Positions 35,318 through 49,300 are shown, numbered from the stretch's first letter. The stretch is 64,000 nt of DNA from Trichodelitschia bisporula (GCA_010356995.1 ML996687.1:1241803-1305802); one strand, 5' to 3'. The notes: generated from the sequence alone by a model not told the origin. Program-made: numbers and translations.

Positions 35318-36592
35318 TGACCGTGTTGAACGAGGGGCTTTGCTGTGGTACGAAGTGTGGAACGAGAGACAGGGACGTTGAGAGAATGTTGGGACCAATT
35401 GGAGGACAAGCTCGGCTAGGAAATGCGCATCTTCTTCAACAGCAGCAAAGAAGTATTGAAGCAGATGAAGCAGAGAAGAAAGAAAGATCGAGGAATGGGA
35501 GACGGAGCTGACGGGGTTTACGAGTATATGAAGCGTTGTTTGTGCTATTGGCGATGCAACGCAGCCCCTTGAAGATGTGGCTGCAAGGGCGGGATGGACG
35601 GTACGTCACGCTGCACTCCGCCCGTTGATTGACTTGATGCGCTTCGATCAAGAGAACGGCGTAAACCTGCTCCGTCCTATCAATGCCTTCACAGCAATGG
35701 AGATGTCAGGGATGGAAAAGGGTAGTCTTTGCTCTCCCTTTTGATGGCCCGCCAATAGCGATTGGGATATTATAAAGGCCGCGAGAGCAAGACGCGGGTT
35801 CTCCGCCATTTCCCCCAAAAGCAGTTTTTATACGCCGAGAGTCAACTCCCCAGTGCCATCTCGGCACTCACTTCCGGATCCTTTGTCACGAGTCGCGGCG
35901 CACGATGGGACTCAGCCACCGAGAGCCTCGCAAGCTTTTGCTGCTTAGCAAGTCATGCGCCGGGTTCTGTTGCGGAGAAATTCAACAAAAGTTGGTTGAT
36001 GAGTTCGTGTGGTCTTGGCTAGCTTCTCCCGCTACCCGACGGCACTCCGGTTTGGTTCGTCTTCATCCGTTGCCCGTCATGGTGAAAGAGGGGGGGAAGA
36101 GCAAGGCATGGGCCATCCTGGAGAATATCTTGGGTGGGGATACAGCATGAAGAGCTACCGGTACCCCGCGCTTGATATTATGTACTTGCCAGAAATAATG
36201 ATCGCCAACCTCAGATGTCTAGTTAATTTTGCCCTGCAATTGACCCGCCCGATCTAAGGCTGGCAGCTTGCTACCATCGGTCAGGGTATCAAGCATTACA
36301 CCCCTGATTTGGGCGGTTGACATGCAACAGAAAGCGTTATATCAGTACCGGAAAACCTCCCCGGAATTAGATGCAAATTCGCTTCAGCATCATGGACGTT
36401 GGAACTGTGGCGCAGAGTGACTTCGCTGTGGCTCATCATCGTCATCGGGAGCTGGAAGCTCGGACGCATGGACATGTTCGGCGAGCTCAGAGTGATCACG
36501 ACCAACAAGGAACCTTCCACTCCCAAGAAACCGAATCTCCCCCACAAGATCCTCTTCCCCCACACGCCCAAGCCTACCCGCCATCATCAACC

Positions 36593-37509
36593 ATGGCTTC
36601 ATCGTTACATGTTGCGGTACCTAGGTTTGCACTCCCGCGGATCTCGCTACGGACGACTCACGTCCGTCCTGTTCGTGCGCTCGCCGCGCCGCCGCGGAGA
36701 GACACTCAAGCCCACCCGCTCTCCACAAACGCCCCCGCGATACCCCGCTGGACCGCATGCCAGACTATCTCTACCACTCATATCGAGAGACGTCCTGCCT
36801 TGCAATGTCTCTCGCCCATCGCACAGCGGGCCTTCTCAGCGTCGCCACGACATCTTCGTGTCCACCACTTTGACACACTCAAGTTTGTCCAGCGCCTCAA
36901 AGACGATGGTTTTACCGAAGAGCAAGCCGTAGCCATGATGAAGGTCCTCAGCGATGTGATTGAGGAGAGGTATAGCTTTCAGCATTCTCTTTCGTAGTCG
37001 CTGTGCGCTGGCTCACTGTAGCAGCATCCAGAACCTAACCCGCACAATGGTGCTGCGCGAAGACCAGGAGAAGGCCACATACACGCAAAAAGTCGACTTT
37101 GCGAAGCTGCGCTCAGAGTTGCTCACGGCTGACTCTACGGAGTCTGCGCTCACGCGCGCCTCCCACGAACGTCTTACCAATGAGCTCGCCAAAATCAACG
37201 CCAGACTGCGCGATGAGGTTCAACGGACACAGGCTTCGGTGCGGCTAGACCTCAACTTGGAGAAGGGCAGGATACGCGAAGAAGCCAACGTGCAGGAACT
37301 CAAGCTCAAGGAGACGGAGGCGAGAATCGAGAGCGAGACAGCTGTCCTGCGCGAAAGGCTGGAGGCCGTAAAGTTCTCTACACTCCAATGGCTGATGTAC
37401 GTCCCCCGCTCCGTTGGCTCAATCACTCTGGCGTCTCTAACAAGCTTGCAGAGGCGTTTGCACCGGCACCGCGGCCCTGATACTGGGTGCCTGGCGCCTG
37501 TTGATGTAA
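36593..37509 (+). CDS. Mitochondrial DUF1640 / CCDC90-MCUR1-like coiled-coil protein (3 exons)
   Basis: Arg-rich presequence-like N-terminus, HHFDTLKFVQRLKDDGFTEEQA, VRLDLNLEKGRIRE, C-terminal LQWL^IGVCTGTAALILGAWRLLM. Confidence 0.9.
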
Positions 37510-38839
37510 TGTGGAGAGCACTCACGCCCGCCTTTGAGCTTGTTCGTGACCTCAAAAACTGCGCCAGCATCGCTTCCTCTTTGGACTGTCCCCAGGATCG
37601 GGCACTGGGTTTGCGACTGGGGGCCGGCTGGGCATGGTTGTTGATGGCCCGCCACCGGTCAGTGACGCATCGTACGCACGCAGATTGGGCCCGCGGTTGT
37701 CACACTGCACTATCAGAATTTGCTGATGAGCTGGCTGAAGAGGCAGAGAGCCTAGCAGCCCATGTGGCTTGCGATGGAATCGTGAGGAAGTTACGCAGAC
37801 GCCCGATATTAGGCATGTTTGGTGTTGCGGCGTTCGCCTTGCAATATCCCCCGCCGTTTCAAGGCGCAAACCAAGGCCGAATCAAGCCGCCCGCTGCATC
37901 TTTTCTAGACACTTCTTAATTCGAAAATGAAACACTCTGGCCCTGCCCACGGTTTGCACAGCCTCTTTGCGCACTACCTACGATTGGTCCGGCACACGTG
38001 ATGGGCTAGATCAGCATCCTGATGTTTGGCGCGATGTGGGTTGACGTGATGCTGCGCTGCGTTTCCGGGGTCGCCTGAGTGGATGATAAGGGCAACAGAG
38101 ACAGGCTGCCATCGATCAGTCTCAGCAGCTGGGATGCGTAGATTAAGACGAACTATGGTTCAAGAGGGCTAGGTACAGCGATTGTTACTACTGTAGACTG
38201 TCAGAGGAGAGGAACGGGCACCATTTATTAGATGCACCATTGATAAAGGCGTTCAGTTCCTTCACAGCCAAGGGAGGGCATCGGGCCACCGGTGGGCAAT
38301 TCCTCCTCTGAAAAAGGATTGAAGGGAACCAATGAAAAGTGACGAGAAACAAGGCATAAAACAGCACGTTTGTTTGTACGTAGTAGGGTACGTAGTTTGA
38401 GAGATGGGACCAAGAAACACCGAAGAGAGAAAGACGAGGCAATGGATAGGCAGTGCCACTTGCGGAAACTTGGGTACCATACGTAGATATGTTGTTGTTG
38501 TGGTCTTGTTGAGTGGTTCGGTCGTAACTGGCGAACTTTCAAGTGGGTGCGGGGGGGAACAGTGGCTGGCGGGGTCGAGCGTTGTTTCTGTTGCTTGTGA
38601 GCCTGTTGTCCCATGCTTTCCACCTTAACTGCCTGACACTGGACCCAGCGGACTTGCCTCAATCCAAGGACCCTCCATAAAGTCGGAAAGATCTTCTTGC
38701 GCCCCGAAACTCCCAACTCCGTCAACCTCACCTTGCACTCCACACAATCCCCACTACAAACTGCTTCCCCCCCACCCCCACTTCTCCATTCTCTGCTTCA
38801 ACCAACCCATTTCCCATACTCCTCATCACAAAGCTCACG

Positions 38840-40133
38840 ATGGCGGCCCCTAGCGAGGTAAGCATTCTCCGTTCTTCCACTCCTTGGCCCTGAGGGGTTC
38901 CATCGTGAATACCCCTCAGCGCTTGCGTGCCCCCCCGCTTGCTTAATCAACGTTGTGCTGACCACCCTTCAACCATGCAGCGCGAAAGGTACGATTTGAC
39001 TTGCATCGCCATCTCCATCGTTTGTATTAATTCATTTGTAGCAAAACGTTCCTTGCTCGGCTGTGCGAGCAGGCTGAGCGCTACGATGGTAAGTGGCCTG
39101 ACGTCCACACTCTGGAGATGGGGCCTTTGGCTAACGTACTCTCTCCGTAGAGATGGTTACGTACATGAAGGTAAGCAGCTTTTGTATCTGTAGTGCCATG
39201 GTCATCTGCTAACTCGAACACAGGAAGTCGCGCAGGTATGCAACGATGCATGACGCATCGCGTGAGCCCGATCGAAGGCACCGATATTAACACTTCAGCA
39301 GCTTGGTGGCGAGCTCACCGTCGACGAGCGTAATCTCCTCTCCGTGGCTTACAAGAACGTCGTTGGCACTCGTCGTGCGTCGTGGCGCATCATCACTTCG
39401 ATCGAGCAGAAGGAAGAATCCAAGGGCTCCGATAAGCACGTCTCCACGATCCGCGAGTACCGTCAGAAGATCGAGACGGAACTGGAGAAAGTGTGCCAGG
39501 ATGTTCTTGAGGTTCTTGATGAGCACTTGATCAAGAAGGCCGAGACCGGCGAGTCGAAGGTCTTCTACCACAAGATGTAGGCGCGCACGTCTAGCGCTAC
39601 CCCACATCACTTACAATATGCAGGAAGGGCGACTATCACCGCTACCTCGCCGAGTTTGCGTCGGGCGAGAAGCGCAAGAATGCGGCTACGCACGCTCATG
39701 AGGCCTACAAGGTACCTACCTTCTTTCTCGCCTGACTAGACGCGTCTAACTCCATTTGCAGAGCGCTACCGATGTCGCCCAGACCGAGCTTACTCCCACG
39801 CATCCCATCCGCCTGGGCCTTGCGCTCAACTTCTCGGTGTTCTACTACGAGATCCTGAACTCGCCCGACCGTGCTTGCCACCTCGCCAAGCAGGCGTTTG
39901 ACGACGCGATCCAGGAGCTCGACTCGCTCTCCGAGGAGTCATACCGGGACAGCACGCTCATTATGCAGCTCCTGCGTGACAACCTCACTCTCTGGACGTC
40001 GTCTGACGGCGCGGAGGCGGAGCCCCCGGCTGATGCCCCCAAGGAGGAGAAGCCCGAGGCCGCTGCCGCTCCGGCGCCCGAGGCGGAGGCTCCGAAGACG
40101 GAGGAGCCGGCTGCTGAGCCTGCTGCTGCGTAA
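38840..40133 (+). CDS. 14-3-3 protein (8 exons, including 8-, 12-, 18- and 20-nt exons)
   Basis: [73 protein letters not shown]; exons 38840-38857, 38981-38988, 39042-39088, 39151-39170, 39224-39235, 39302-39576, 39624-39711, 39762-40133. Confidence 0.96.
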
Positions 40134-40971
40134 ACGGATACGTTCGTGTCTCGTAGAGTCTCTAGCCAACGCAACTCGGGTGCAAGACGTTGTGCAGGGA
40201 TACCCTTAGGTTACTTTTGAGCTCAGATAGTTTACTGTGGCGTTCTCGGACTGCAACAAATCTCGGCATCTTGCCCCCGGGTTCGGTCAAAGTTAGCTAG
40301 GGTTGCCGTGCAAGAGGTCGCTCATGGTTCTGTTGTCTTCGCTATCCCCCTTTCCCCCTATTCCCCAATTTCCTTATTCTGTCTATTGTCTCTGTGGTAC
40401 TTGAACGGATGCGTTGGCCGGTGGACGTTGTGGTGGGGCAGTTCGAGCGTTGCTTTGTCCTGGTGGCGCGCGAGTGTTGCCGATCACGACCCTCCTTTGT
40501 TATGCTAGTTGAGTACGGACCGTAAACGAAATAGTTACAACACCGCTGAAGTGGATGCCTTGAGTGATGTGTGTGCGTAGAGAAAGTCGTTTCTGGTACT
40601 GAGCGTTCGGGATTGATGATGGTCAGAACTGTTAAGGCCACCTGCTTCTAGGTTAAATTGCTGTATGGCTAGATGGAAATACCCCACGCGTCGTGACTCT
40701 ACGTTTAAAGCTCTGCCGCAAAGCAATTTGCGGCCACAATCCTACGCATCCGCATCCCTCATAACCAGGAATCGATTGTGTCATTGATGCCTTATGATAA
40801 GAGCGCACGTGCCATCAGTGCCTGAGGCCTTCAATCGGAACAACCTTGGGCCGAATCGCTTCCTCCGCCAAGCCTCCCGCACCACCAAATTACCCTGGCT
40901 ATTCCTACTTCGCAAATACCGCCCTCCATTTCTTGCCTTCTCCCGACATCGACAACGATCAAGCGATCAAG

Positions 40972-41523
40972 ATGCCGAAGGAAGTCAAGCCCAAGTCCGG
41001 CAGTGAGTATATTCTGAAGGAATGGCCATTTGCATCGTTGCTAATAGAAAACAGTTGCCGTCGGCCTGAACGCTGGCCAGTAAGCCGCCCTTCCTCCCCG
41101 TCGCTGCGATTCTCCAGATACAATCGTGTCCTTGTTCAACGGTTGCTGATTGCCCTATAGCAAGGTCACTCCCTACCAGCCGAAGTCCAAGGTCTCGCGG
41201 ACGAAGGGTCATCTGAGCAAACGCACCGCGTTCTGCCGTGAGATCGTTCGTGAGGTTTGCGGTCTCGCCCCGTACGAGCGCCGCGTTATCGAAGTAAGCT
41301 CTGCAAGCCTCTCTGCAAGATCGCAATACTTATACTCGCTAGCTTCTCCGCAACAGCAAAGACAAGCGCGCCCGCAAGCTGGCCAAGAAGCGGGTATGTA
41401 TTCTCGATACCATTTACCGGCACCTACTTACGGATATCGCAGCTCGGGTCGTTCGGCCGTGCGAAGAGAAAGGTGGACGAGATGAGCAAGATCATCGCCG
41501 AGTCGCGTCGCGCTGGCCACTAG
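40972..41523 (+). CDS. RPL36: 60S ribosomal protein L36 (5 exons)
   Basis: GIAVGLNAGHKVT, KGHLSKRTAFCREIVREVCGLAPYERRVIE^LLRNSKDKRARKLAKKR^LGSFGRAKRKV. Confidence 0.95.
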
Positions 41524-42862
41524 GTCAATCTCTGTTGGCGAAAAGGGTGTTTTGCTTTCGGGGTTTCGGTCGGTGCAGAGGGGTTCTCTCGGGCTGTACC
41601 CATGCATGATACATGACAATATGGAACGGGGCATCTTCTGCTGATCGATATCTTTGCTCTGTGATTCAGTGACAGTTGACTTTTACGTTTGGACTGCATT
41701 GCCGTGAAAGCATGCCTTGCTATTCTTGAACCTCTGATTTGCGGAAATACCGCCTTGATGGTGTCAGATTCTCGCCGCACAACAACGATGCCACTGCTTA
41801 GGATATCCAAGGACTTTGATACGCCAATATGGGACATGAGGCCTACATAGACCCAAGGTCGGCCACCCGCGGCAAAGCCAGAGCACGGGGAATGGTACCA
41901 AATGACTGAGAGAGAGTATCAAGGGTCAATCTTGTATCACATTGTACGGAGTATGCATCATGGCTGAAGAAAGGCTTGACATGGGAATCTTCCCTTTGGA
42001 GACACTCCGAGGTGCAATAACTACAGAATGCTCCATAAGGTGGCAGAGCCCAGCAACGGCCATCCAATGCCCCCAATGCCTCCCTGCATGCGTAGATGCA
42101 ACCGTAGAGCCCCATTCAGATCCATATACCGCCTCAAAACCGCAATCTCTCATCAGTCGCAACTTGTCTCTTCGTTCGTGCTGTGAGCCATCATATTCCG
42201 CCGCCTCAACGCACCAACGCACCAATGCACACCTATGGTAGCAAACCTAGCCTCAGAAGTGTAAGATGATCTCACGCCCCCGTACGCTGTACGCAGGGGA
42301 TCAACCTCTTCCTATCATGAAAAAAACACAATTCATCACCGGCCATGTCCTTTCGAAGCTTTCAAACTCTCACCTTAAAAAGCTCGTCGCGCCAAGCCTT
42401 GCCCGGTCCTAGCGCCCGGCGGTCCGTGCTTGGCAGAAATTTCTCTGAGAGGCTATAAAAGGGCGGTTGCTCTCCGACTCTTTTCGAAGCTTCGTGCGGC
42501 TGGCGCGACCTCCATGTTTCCCCATGTTGCCTTCTTCCTCTATCGGGCTGGGAAGGGGGTGTCGGTTGCGCCCCAGAGCGAAATATATTGCATACTCGGC
42601 TTCGCTGTCCGGTTTTGACGTGTGCGCCTGTTGAGTGGCGTGGGCGTTTGGGCGGTGGGTTGAACATCCCTTTGTTTATGAAAAAAACTTTTTGTGAGAT
42701 GTGGGATTTGGAAGGGCGGTGATGATGCAGCGATGATCATGATACGGACGTTATTGTCATGTTCATGCCGTGAACGGCGGATGTGGATTGATATCGCTAC
42801 GCGCGAAGCTTCTTCGCGTGTACTGTACTATCCTTTCTCCTACTGCTTCCTGAACGACTACA

Positions 42863-43955
42863 CTACTCGCCTGCCTCGTCCCCAATCTTTTCCAACTTGC
42901 CGAGATCGCGCTTCTCGCCCGTCTCGCCCAAAATACGGAGACGGTCGATGCGCACGCGCTCGCCATCCCCGTCGCCGTTGACCACGAAGATCACCAAGCT
43001 GAACACATTCTGGAACTTGACGAAGCGGAGCTCAATCTTCGCCGTCCCAGTCTCCGAATCCCAATCCTTCTCGCTGAGCTCCACAGCCTGCGTCGGGGGC
43101 GTGTCCTCAGCTTCTTCAAACCCAAGCGTCTGGCTCTTGTTGACATAGAAATGAATCTTGCCGGGCCGCATCGGCGCATCGTCGTCGGTGCCCGGCAGAC
43201 TCGTAATGTGGATAGTGTGAACCTTGACCGTGCTCTGGAACGGCAGATACAGCATAAGCTGGTCATCCGTATCGCTCTCCACCCAGTCCTTGCCCTGCTC
43301 CGTCGCGCCCTCGGCCTTGCCCTTTCCCTTCCCAGCATTCAGCGCGCTGGGCTTCGCATCCGAGAACAGCACGCGCGCGGGCCCGAAGTCGCTGTCCGCG
43401 TTCATGAGGTCCAGGCCCCGCAGCTCCAGCACCGACGTCACGTCGGTTTTGCCCCGCGGCAACGAGGCTCCGAACCACATCCCGCTGCTGCTGGAGGAGA
43501 CGGAGGGATCCCCGCCGGCCGCGAGGGTCTGGAAGCGGGCTACCAGGTCTTTGAGCTTGGAGACGTCGCCGCCGCGGATGCGAGTGTGTTCTTGTCCGTT
43601 TTCGAAGTAGATGAAGGTTGGCATGCTAGGGCGGGGTTAGGGGATGGTGTATAGAGGGAGAAGGAGGGGGGGAACCCACGCAGTTACTTCATGGTTCCGT
43701 GTTATGTCGGGCAGCTTGTCTGTGTCGACCTTGGCGAAGGTGAGCACGTTGGCCCGTGAATAGCGGCTGGAGAATTGCTCGTAGACGGGGGCGATGGCGT
43801 GGCATGGCTGGCACCAGGTTGCGTAGACTGAGGGTGTGTTAATGGGGGTGTTAGGGCGGGGTGCGGGGGGCCGTACAGTCGACGATCACGGCTTTGGAGT
43901 TCTTGATCAGGGACTGCAGCTGGGCTGGCGAGTCTATCTCGACGGTTTTTGACAT
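42863..43955 (-). CDS. txl1: Thioredoxin + PITH domain protein (TXNL1/Txl1-like), 3 exons
   Basis: MSKTVEIDS..VIVD^FYATWCQPCHAIAP..^MPTF thioredoxin fold; PITH motifs WVESDTDDQLMLYLPFQS and LRFVKFQNV. Confidence 0.9.
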
Positions 43956-44591
43956 TATGGAATAGATTCGGGAGTGTTTGAGTGTTCAGTGTTTGGGAGG
44001 TGAGAGAGAGAAGGTCAAACTGGTGGGGTTTGCGGAGGTGGTGTCTCGCCGGCCGGTTGGTGTTGCTCGATGGTGGCGGATGAAATGGACTGGTCGGAGC
44101 AGCTGAGCAAGCAAGCAACGCCGACTCCCAGGCAGCTCTCTCCGCCTCACTCTAATATCGCACTTTACAAGTTACCGCTCCGTTTACTTCCCCGGCCCTC
44201 AACTCAGAGCAATCGTGAAGTGCTTTATCAGCTACGTGGCCCCGAAGCTCTCCATCGATCAGCTTCCCCCGCATTCTATCGTTAACCTCATCATCGCCTT
44301 CCCTTGCTGACTCGCCCACCTCCTCACCACCCCGCCATGCCCTCGTCTCCGTAAACCCCCACATATCTTGATGGCTGGTACACTCGGGCTCTACATCACC
44401 GCTAGAGAACGATCTCTTCTGCTTCTCGTCGGCCACACGTGGCTCACCTGGCAAGCACTGCAGAACAAACGCGACCTCTCCGAACGCAATCGACGCCGTA
44501 CCCGCCGCACCCGCCCGGCCTTCTACCACATCCGTGTCTTCACATCGAGCTGCCTCGCCTTCGCGAGCGCCGTTAGCGCTTTTGCTGCAGC

Positions 44592-46194
44592 ATGGCGTCT
44601 CATGTCGTCGTGATCGACTCTAGTCTGCGTCGCTGCACCGTCAAGACTACCCCGGGCATGTACCTAAGCGACGTTGCTGCCCAGGCATGCAAGAAGTTTG
44701 GCCTCGCCCCGGAGAATTATAGCTTGAAGTAGGTACCCTTCCCCGTCGCACTGGACCCTCGGCTCACGATCAAGGTACAACAAAAAGCAGGTCGACCTCT
44801 CCCGCACCTACCGCCTTGCCGGCCTGCCATCCGGCGCCCAACTCGAACTCGTTCAGGCATCCCGCTCCCCAACCGTCGTCAACGTCGCACTGCAGCTGCC
44901 GCCAAACGAAGGCAACACCCGCCTCACAGACAAATTCCCCAGCAGCACATCCCTATGGCAAATCCTTCGCCGTTTCGAAGCCGGCGTCGCCGGCGGTCCA
45001 GGCGCCCGCACACTCAACCTCACGCAGCGCGGCATCGCGCAGATGGACACCACCAGCGCCGGTCGGCTGTTCTTCGAAATGCCAGTTGTCAATGTGGTGG
45101 GCCGCGAGTGCGGCTCGTTTACCGAGCTGCAGAAGACGCTTGCGCAGCTGGGTATCACAGGTGGGAGTGCGCTGCTACGGCTTGGGTTCCGGAATAGTGG
45201 GCAGCCGCTTGAGGAGGCTATGCGTGATATCTCGACGTACTTTGATGGCCTTGAGCAGGATACTAGCACAACTGAGGCGCATGGTGCGCATGCCGCCCCG
45301 CCGGCGCAGTTCACGTCTGTTCCTGAGGTCGATGCCGAACCCGCCAGTGTGGCTGGAGAGACCAATCTCGGAGGACCCGATCCCGAGGTTCCAGCCGAGA
45401 CACCTCAGCCCTCCGAGCCAAAAGTCACAACCGCAACCACAACCGAAACCAAACCCACCCCACCCCATCCGGCAAACCCCTCCTCCCCCGAACCCACAAC
45501 CAACCCCAACCCCTCCGCTCTGGATTCCCTCACCGTCTATGCCGCCCCTGAATCCTCCACCCCCGCCGCCGCATCCACCCCTTTCTCCCCCGCCGACTAC
45601 GAGCCCACAATCGACCACGCCAAATCCCATCAAGCCGCCCTGGCCCAACAAACCCGCAACAAGCGCCTGCCCTCCGATCGCGAACTTGCCGACGCCGAAG
45701 CCGCGCGCCAGGCCCGGCTGTCCGCTATCGCCGAGCTGAAGCTCAAGGTCCGTCTTCCGGATCAGATGCAGGTGGCGCGCGGACTGGGGCGCGAACATAC
45801 GACGGCTGATGTGTATGCCTGGGTGCGCGGGCTGCTTGCGAGTCCGGAGCCGTTTGTGCTGAGGTATGTGGATCGGAAGGGGGCGAATGTGGTCCTGCCC
45901 GATGGCCCGGCGCGGCTGGTGCAGGATGTGGGTTGGACGGGGGCGATGCTTGTTACCATGCTTTGGGGGGAGGGGGTTGGGGATGATGTGAGAAGGAGGC
46001 CGTGTTTGAAGGATGAGGTCCTGGGTCTGGCGCAGCCGATTCCGGTGCCTGAGGCGCAGAAGGAGGCGCCGGAGGAGGAGAAGAAGGGGTTCTTTGCGGG
46101 GGTTTTCGGGAAGGATCAGAAGAAGGGGAATACCTTGAGTGGTGCCGAGAAGGAGGCGAAGTTGAAGGGTTTATTGAGGTTCGGGAAGAAGTAA
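44592..46194 (+). CDS. UBX4: UBX-domain Cdc48/p97 cofactor, TUG/ASPL/Ubx4 type (2 exons)
   Basis: TUG-UBL1 N-terminus MASHVVVIDSSLRRCTVKTTPG..^YNKKQVDLSRTYRLAGLPSGAQLELVQ; C-terminal LKVRLPD UBX-like region. Confidence 0.85.
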
Positions 46195-46344
46195 GGGGAT
46201 GATGGGCGTGAGATGGGCATTTCTGCACTTGAGCGGTCTAGTGTGATCATCTATTGAGTATCTCTACCTGCCTGCCAACGCCGTGTCCCGCTACATTACG
46301 TGCAAATTCTCGGCCTGTCATGTTCCATTACCGATGCCGAAGAG

Positions 46345-49300
46345 CTAGAGCTGCTCGATGCCCAGCACTACGCGCTCCAGCGCTGCTTCAGTATCGGACT
46401 CGCTCTTGTCGTCAAGCAGGCTGTGCACGAAGCGTGCCCTGCACAGTTAGCATCTATCCACGCCATAAGTAGGAAGGAGACTCACAAATTCCCGACCTTG
46501 CGCCGTCCAACACTAGCCTCCAACTCCGCGCTCTTAACCGCCGCAACATCCAGCACAGGACGCGGCACGCCAGCAAGACGCGCAACATTAAGACTAACCC
46601 ATTAGTCCCGTCTCCATCAGTATCAGAAAGGCGAAGCACATACCCATAAGACCGATGCGCAACCCCCTCGCCCACCTCATAAAGAAACGAAACCTCTTCC
46701 CCCCGCTCCACAAACCGCATATGCACATTCCTCAACCCCTCCACGCCCCCCGCAACTCGCGCAAGATCCTGATAATGCGTAATAAAAAGCGTCTTCGCGC
46801 CCCGGGCAACCAACTCCCTAAGCACAGCCTCCGCAATCGCAACCCCATCATGCGTACTCGTCCCGCGACCAAGCTCATCCAGTATCACAAGACTCCTCTC
46901 CGTCGCCCCGCGCAATATCTCAGCCGTCTCACCCACCTCCACCATAAACGTGCTCTCCCCACGGAGCATATTATCCTGCGCCCCCATCCGCGTATACACC
47001 GCATCCAACAGGCCCAACCGTGCCTCGTCGGCGGGCACATAGCTCCCGCACTGGGCCATAATCCCCGCCAGCGCCACCGCGCGCACGAAAGAGCTCTTCC
47101 CGCCCATATTCGGCCCCGTGACGAGCAGCGCGTGCGGCGCCCCGGCTTTGCCCAGTGTGACGTCGTTCGGCACGTACGCCCCCGCGGCGAGCTGCTCGGC
47201 CATCGGGTGGCGCACGCCACGGAGCGCCAGTTCCGGACCGGTGGTGAACGTGGGTCGGACGTAGCCCGGCTGCTGCGCGACGGCGGCGAGACCGAGCAGG
47301 GCATCCAACGTGGCGAGTGCGTGGACGGCAGCACGGACAGGCGCGTAATGCGCCGCGATTTCGGCCTGCAGGGCCAAAAACGCGGCGTCGCACGCCGCGG
47401 CCAGTGCTTCCTTGTGCTGTTCGCGCTCGCGGAGGAGTTTCAAAACAGCAGGGGGGTGAAAGCGGGAAGCCTTCTTCGTAGCAGATATTTTAGCCCAAGA
47501 AGCGGGTATGCGCTTCGTGTACGCGGGCGCGTTTTCGACTTCAACTAGGTATTCGATGCCGGAGACGGTGGTGAAGTCGATTTTCTTCTTGCCGAGCGTC
47601 GAGGCGAGGGACGGGCGCAGGGCGTCGAGTTCGGCCTCTACGGCTATGATGCCCATTTTGCAGTCGGTTATTTCTTCGCTTTCGGCGGGTTCGAGGAAGA
47701 AGCTGTATTTGTCGTCGGCGCGCGCGGCGTCGGCGGAGATGCGCTCTAGGTACTCGAGGAGTAGGGTGCCGACGGATGGGAGCTGCGCGACGGCGTCGTT
47801 GAGCAGTGCCGATGTGAAACCCGCGTCGGCTGGCTCCTTGACGTGTGCGAATTCCTGGCCGATGGTGTGGAAGGACTGCAGGAAGCCAAGGAGCTCTGGG
47901 CGGCCGGCTTTGCCGTAGTAGATGCGCACCAGGATCTTCTCCAGATCGCTGCGGATCGTCTTACCCAGCAGATCGGTCAGACGCGTAACGTGGGGCTCGT
48001 GAGCCGCGTCCTTGAGCTCGGCGACAGCGGCGAGGCGTGTCTCCAGCAGGCCCATGTCGAGCAGCGGGCGCCCGACCCAGACGCGCAGAAGGCGCTTTCC
48101 GAATCGCGTGCGCGTGCGGTCGAGGGCCCAGAACAAGCTTCCTTTCTCGGTGTAGTCAGTGCCGTTTTTGTAGATCTCAAGGCTGGTAAGGGTGTTTCCG
48201 TTGAGCAGCATGTGGGTGCGCGCGCTGAAGGGTTCAAAGTTCGCGGTCAGGGAGAAGATGTGCTGCAGGCCGTACTCGGTTAGATGCGTTATCATGGCGG
48301 AGAGGCAGATTGTGACGAGCGATGACAGGTCGTGGATTTGGTCTAGCTTTGCGCTTTTGGCGGCGCTGTTTCCGTCTGTTTCGGTGCGCAGCTTGTCCGC
48401 GTAGAAGGTCGTGATGTGGCTGTAGGCTTCGGCGGCCATGGTTTTGGACCTTTCTACGCGCTCGACTCGTGCCTGCTCGCCGAAGACGTTCGACTTGCTG
48501 CCGGAGAGATGCTTGATCATTTTGTCTGTAGCGCTGGAGAGGTCACCGACGATGAGGTACTCGCACGGCGCGATGTGCAGCAGCCGAGTCTCGATCTCGT
48601 TGCGCATGAAGCCATCGTCGAACTCGTCGTAGATGATAGATCCAGTGGCCGGCTGCACTGCAACAATCCCGATGCGGACCTTTTCATCATTGCCCGAGCC
48701 CTTTGCATTCGCTTCCGTTAGACACAACAAGTACCCTGTACCAACGGCGCCACCATCCGGCGTCGGACCCTGCAAACCCTCGAGATCGTCGACGTACGTG
48801 CCTTTGGTGTACACATCGGTCAGTTTGCGGACAAAAGGGGCATTGCGGTTGTTTCCTGCGGCCTTGAGCGCCGCCGTCTCCAGCTGGCGCACAATTCCAA
48901 CCTTGAGCCCTGCCTGTACAAGTCGCTTGACGTGGACTGGTAGACGAGCGATGGGGAAGCTAGCGGACGCGAAGCGCGTAAGATGTGCTTCGGAGGGATG
49001 ATTGTCATAGCGCATCTTGCCGGTGATGCACATGAGGCCAAGTGTTTTGCTCGCGACACGGGCATCCTCGCCGTAGAACTGGAACTTGTAGCCGACCTGG
49101 AAGACAATGATCGTGTCCAGGTGCTGGCGCTTGATCTCGAGGTACTGCTTCTCCATGGGCGTAAGCTGTCCCTTTTTCGAGGCAACACCCTTTTTGCCCT
49201 TTTTCGGTGCCTCTTCTTCCTCTTCATCCTCGTCGCCTTCTCCTTCGGCTTCTTCCGCCTCTGCTGGGCGCCGCCTCTTGATCTCGGCGATGCTATCCGG

